From the NCBI GenBank assembly GCA_976551045.1, contig CDPCPM010000776.1, positions 248,001 through 312,000 of the forward strand: DNA of 64,000 nucleotides, in the 5' to 3' direction. The position numbers and the translations under genes were made by a program. This DNA comes from Glaucostegus cemiculus (taxonomy: Eukaryota). The notes beneath the pieces are model-generated. The model had not been told where the DNA came from and searched no databases. It saw nothing but the letters and a program-made list of their open reading frames with translations. Below are positions 61,316 to 64,000 of this stretch, piece after piece; positions within the stretch are counted from its first letter, which is position 1, and every line of letters starts with the position of its first letter.

Positions 61316-63019
61316 AAGATGTTTGTCTACAGTCAGAAAACTACTGGCACTGAGTCTAATTTGAGTTCACAATTTGTTTACATTCTGCTAGAGGGATTCA
61401 AAGTAGCATGTATCAAGCATGATATATGTGAACTAATGTTCCATCCACCACTTTTATGTTGTAACATCTGTCCCAGAAGTAAGAAACATCTCCTCCAGTT
61501 ATGTAATCAGTCTCCAGCTTGCTCTTTGGAGTCCACAATGCTCTCATAATAATAATATTAATTTCTAACTCAGTTTGAACTTACATAGTTTTTACTCCAA
61601 GACCCCAGTGCAGTGATGTTCTTTGGGGACAGTTTTGGAACCACTTCTGTTTGCACTAATGATCCAGACTAAACATAGGGGGCATCATTTCAAAGTTTGT
61701 GCAGGTCATAGAAGAATTCCGTGAACGATGAGAAACAGAGTAATGGAAAGGGACTGGAAAAGTGGACAGATAAAGCTAAATGCAGAGACTGGTCTTGCCC
61801 AGCTGAGGTATAGTGGACAAGTTTGGGCGATACATTTTATGAGATTTGAAGAAATGTTCAAAATATTGTATAGCTTTGATAATGTAAATAAGCAAAAAAA
61901 TTGCTTCCACTGGCAAAAGGATGGAAAAATAGAAATATAGATTTAAGGTGGTTGGCAAAAGAACCAGAGACAACAGAGATTACCCGACAGTGTTCATTGG
62001 GATGCCTAGCTAAAGTCATGGCCCACCTGGTGTAATGCAAGAGTGGGTCTCAGCAACTTTCAGACAATCAGTATGTTCAGAAGGCAACAACTGCCACTCC
62101 TCCTTGGGACAGAGGAGGTTGTGAGGGGATGAAATGAAGGTATTTAAAATTGTGAAGAATATAGACAGAGTAGATGGAGAGAAACTGTTCCTATTGGCTG
62201 GAGGGTCAAAACCCAGGGGAGATGGAATGAATGTGTTGGCAACCAACACATTCAACAACCAAAAGAAGCCTGAAGAATCTGAGAAAGGAAAAAGAGACAG
62301 AGCTCCTCGAGGTAGGTCCATCCCAGCCTTACCTTAACGCCTTGATCAGCTTAAGATGATGACCACGCCTGCAAGTTGCCTCACTGTAAATTAGCCACCT
62401 TGTTCATCCTATCTGGTGTAGGTGCAATGACTGTTTTATATTCTGATGTTTATGACTTCCTCTGAACCAATAAACCATGCTGTTCTTCAGCACTATCGGG
62501 TAATCTGCACACAGCATCCTTGGACAATAGCTCCTCTAGGCCAGATATAAAAGCTCTAGAGAGGGTGCAGAAGAGACTTACCAAAATAGCTGCAAGAAGA
62601 AGGGACTTTAGCCACGTGGCTGGAGTGCAGGAATGGGGGTTAGACAAGAGGATCTTGCGAGGGGATCCGATGAAGGTATTTAAAATCACAAAAGGTATAG
62701 GGGAAGCAGACAGAAACTGTCCACATTGATGAAGAGATCAGGACTGAGGGGATTTAGAACGAAGAGGGCAAAAACACCAAAAGACCAGAAAACGCACACA
62801 TTAATTGATGCAATATTTATTCCATTGCCAGGCAGTAAACACAAAAGGGGATCTAAAAATGTTCTTTTGGCATTACGAGAAGAGAGGTGGGTCCAATCAC
62901 AGACTGAAAAGGAAATTCCTCCTGGAGGCAGGGCCATGGCTATGGCACCAAGCGAGCTCCCGACATCAGCCTGTCCCATGGAAGGAGAGATGAGCCTCAG
63001 CCCGGTAATGAAAATTTTA

Positions 63020-63142
63020 AAACTGCAGATGTCAGAGATCTGAAATCAAACCAGAAAATGCAGGAACATTCAGCAGGTAGGGTAGAATCTGTGGAGAGAG
63101 AAACAGGTGAATGTTCCAAGACTGAGACCCTTCATCAGGACT
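63020..63142 (-). mobile_element. Penelope-terminus half-element with hammerhead-like core
   Basis: ctgcagatg...aaaatgcaggaacattcagcagg...atctgtggagagag; reverse strand CTGATGA-14 nt-GGAAC at 63138-63113. Confidence 0.7.
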
Positions 63143-64000
63143 TTATAATCTCAAACGCAAGCCTCAGGCTGTGACACTTTGTCCCATCACCTCAGACCCC
63201 CATTTTAGCCCTTGATTAATCTATCCAAGGAAGCCACTGCTATATCTAGTACCTGCCCCATTTCCAGTGGCTAGATGGCAGACTGAGATTCTTCAGTGCT
63301 TAAGGGCACTATCGATGCTATTACATGCAGATTTTCCATATGACCTTTTGACCATGTTTGATGTTTTATACTCACTATCCTCCAGTAGTACTTGAGCTTG
63401 AAGATGTCACAACTGACAATCCCCAAACACAGCACTAGCAGAACTTGTACTGCAGCCAAAACATGAGAAACAATTCTGATCTATAGCTGGATATTAATAT
63501 TCTTTCAGCATTTCCATATTTGGGGCCACCATGGTTCTGCTTTTATGCTTATCTTTCTTGTCCTGATGTGTCCTAATTTCTTTTCTTGAACTAGTGGTAT
63601 TTCTTGATTAGCTCTGTAATTTCCTTCTGCTGCACTGTATGTTCTGGAAGATGAGGAATGAGTACATGCAAGGGTATATTTCACTATTCCATTGGTTGCA
63701 TCATATGTCCTACTGTCTAGTCTAAGTATAAACACCCTTCCCCTCTTGTGATGAGTAATGTGTAGTAAAGCAGAAATTAGTCTCTTATCTTTTGTGTCAT
63801 TCCACCATTTTAAAGTTGGGTTCCTCTTGTGATGATGCAGTATTCCCAGCTCCCCTATAGCCAGCATGGATCAGTCTAATACGGATAGACAGATCTCTGC
63901 CAGATACACTAGTCTAGTTGTAGCCTCTGCATCTGTCATCGGGTATGAGCAGTTTGTCCCCGGCCCTGTCTGACTGCCCTCTATCAGAGAAACTCCCTTC

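Noticed and set aside
63505-63867. 120-aa minus-strand ORF
   Set aside because: No recognisable motif or splice context; length is compatible with chance.

Overview
Eukaryotic, vertebrate DNA. The repeat content (CR1, Rex1/Babar, RTE, L1/Tx1 and Penelope retroelements; tRNA-head V-type SINEs; Deu-domain SINE remnants) suggests a cartilaginous fish (inference). The only host genes I can support are two protease-activated-receptor (PAR)-family GPCR paralogs arranged tail-to-tail, with their stop codons about 22 kb apart. Gene A (+ strand; exons 5814-5904 and 17561-18675; 401 aa) is PAR4/F2RL3-like with a signal peptide and two candidate cleavage sites. Gene B (- strand; main exon 41796-40769, putative first coding exon at 54172-54169) appears to lack a signal peptide and a clear cleavage site. 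The most striking signal: these otherwise well-diverged paralogs share a perfectly identical 120-bp TM2-ECL1-TM3 tract (176 bp with 4 mismatches). This points to localized gene conversion and creates an inverted repeat that could recombine into in-frame chimeric receptors. Other notable items are Penelope-terminus-derived short palindromic elements carrying hammerhead-ribozyme-like cores, a triple-nested retroelement insertion with visible TSDs, a minisatellite that grew out of a Deu-SINE, and a perfect 21-bp-arm palindrome. Coordinates of degraded repeats are approximate, and family assignments rest on my recall of consensus motifs, not on database searches.
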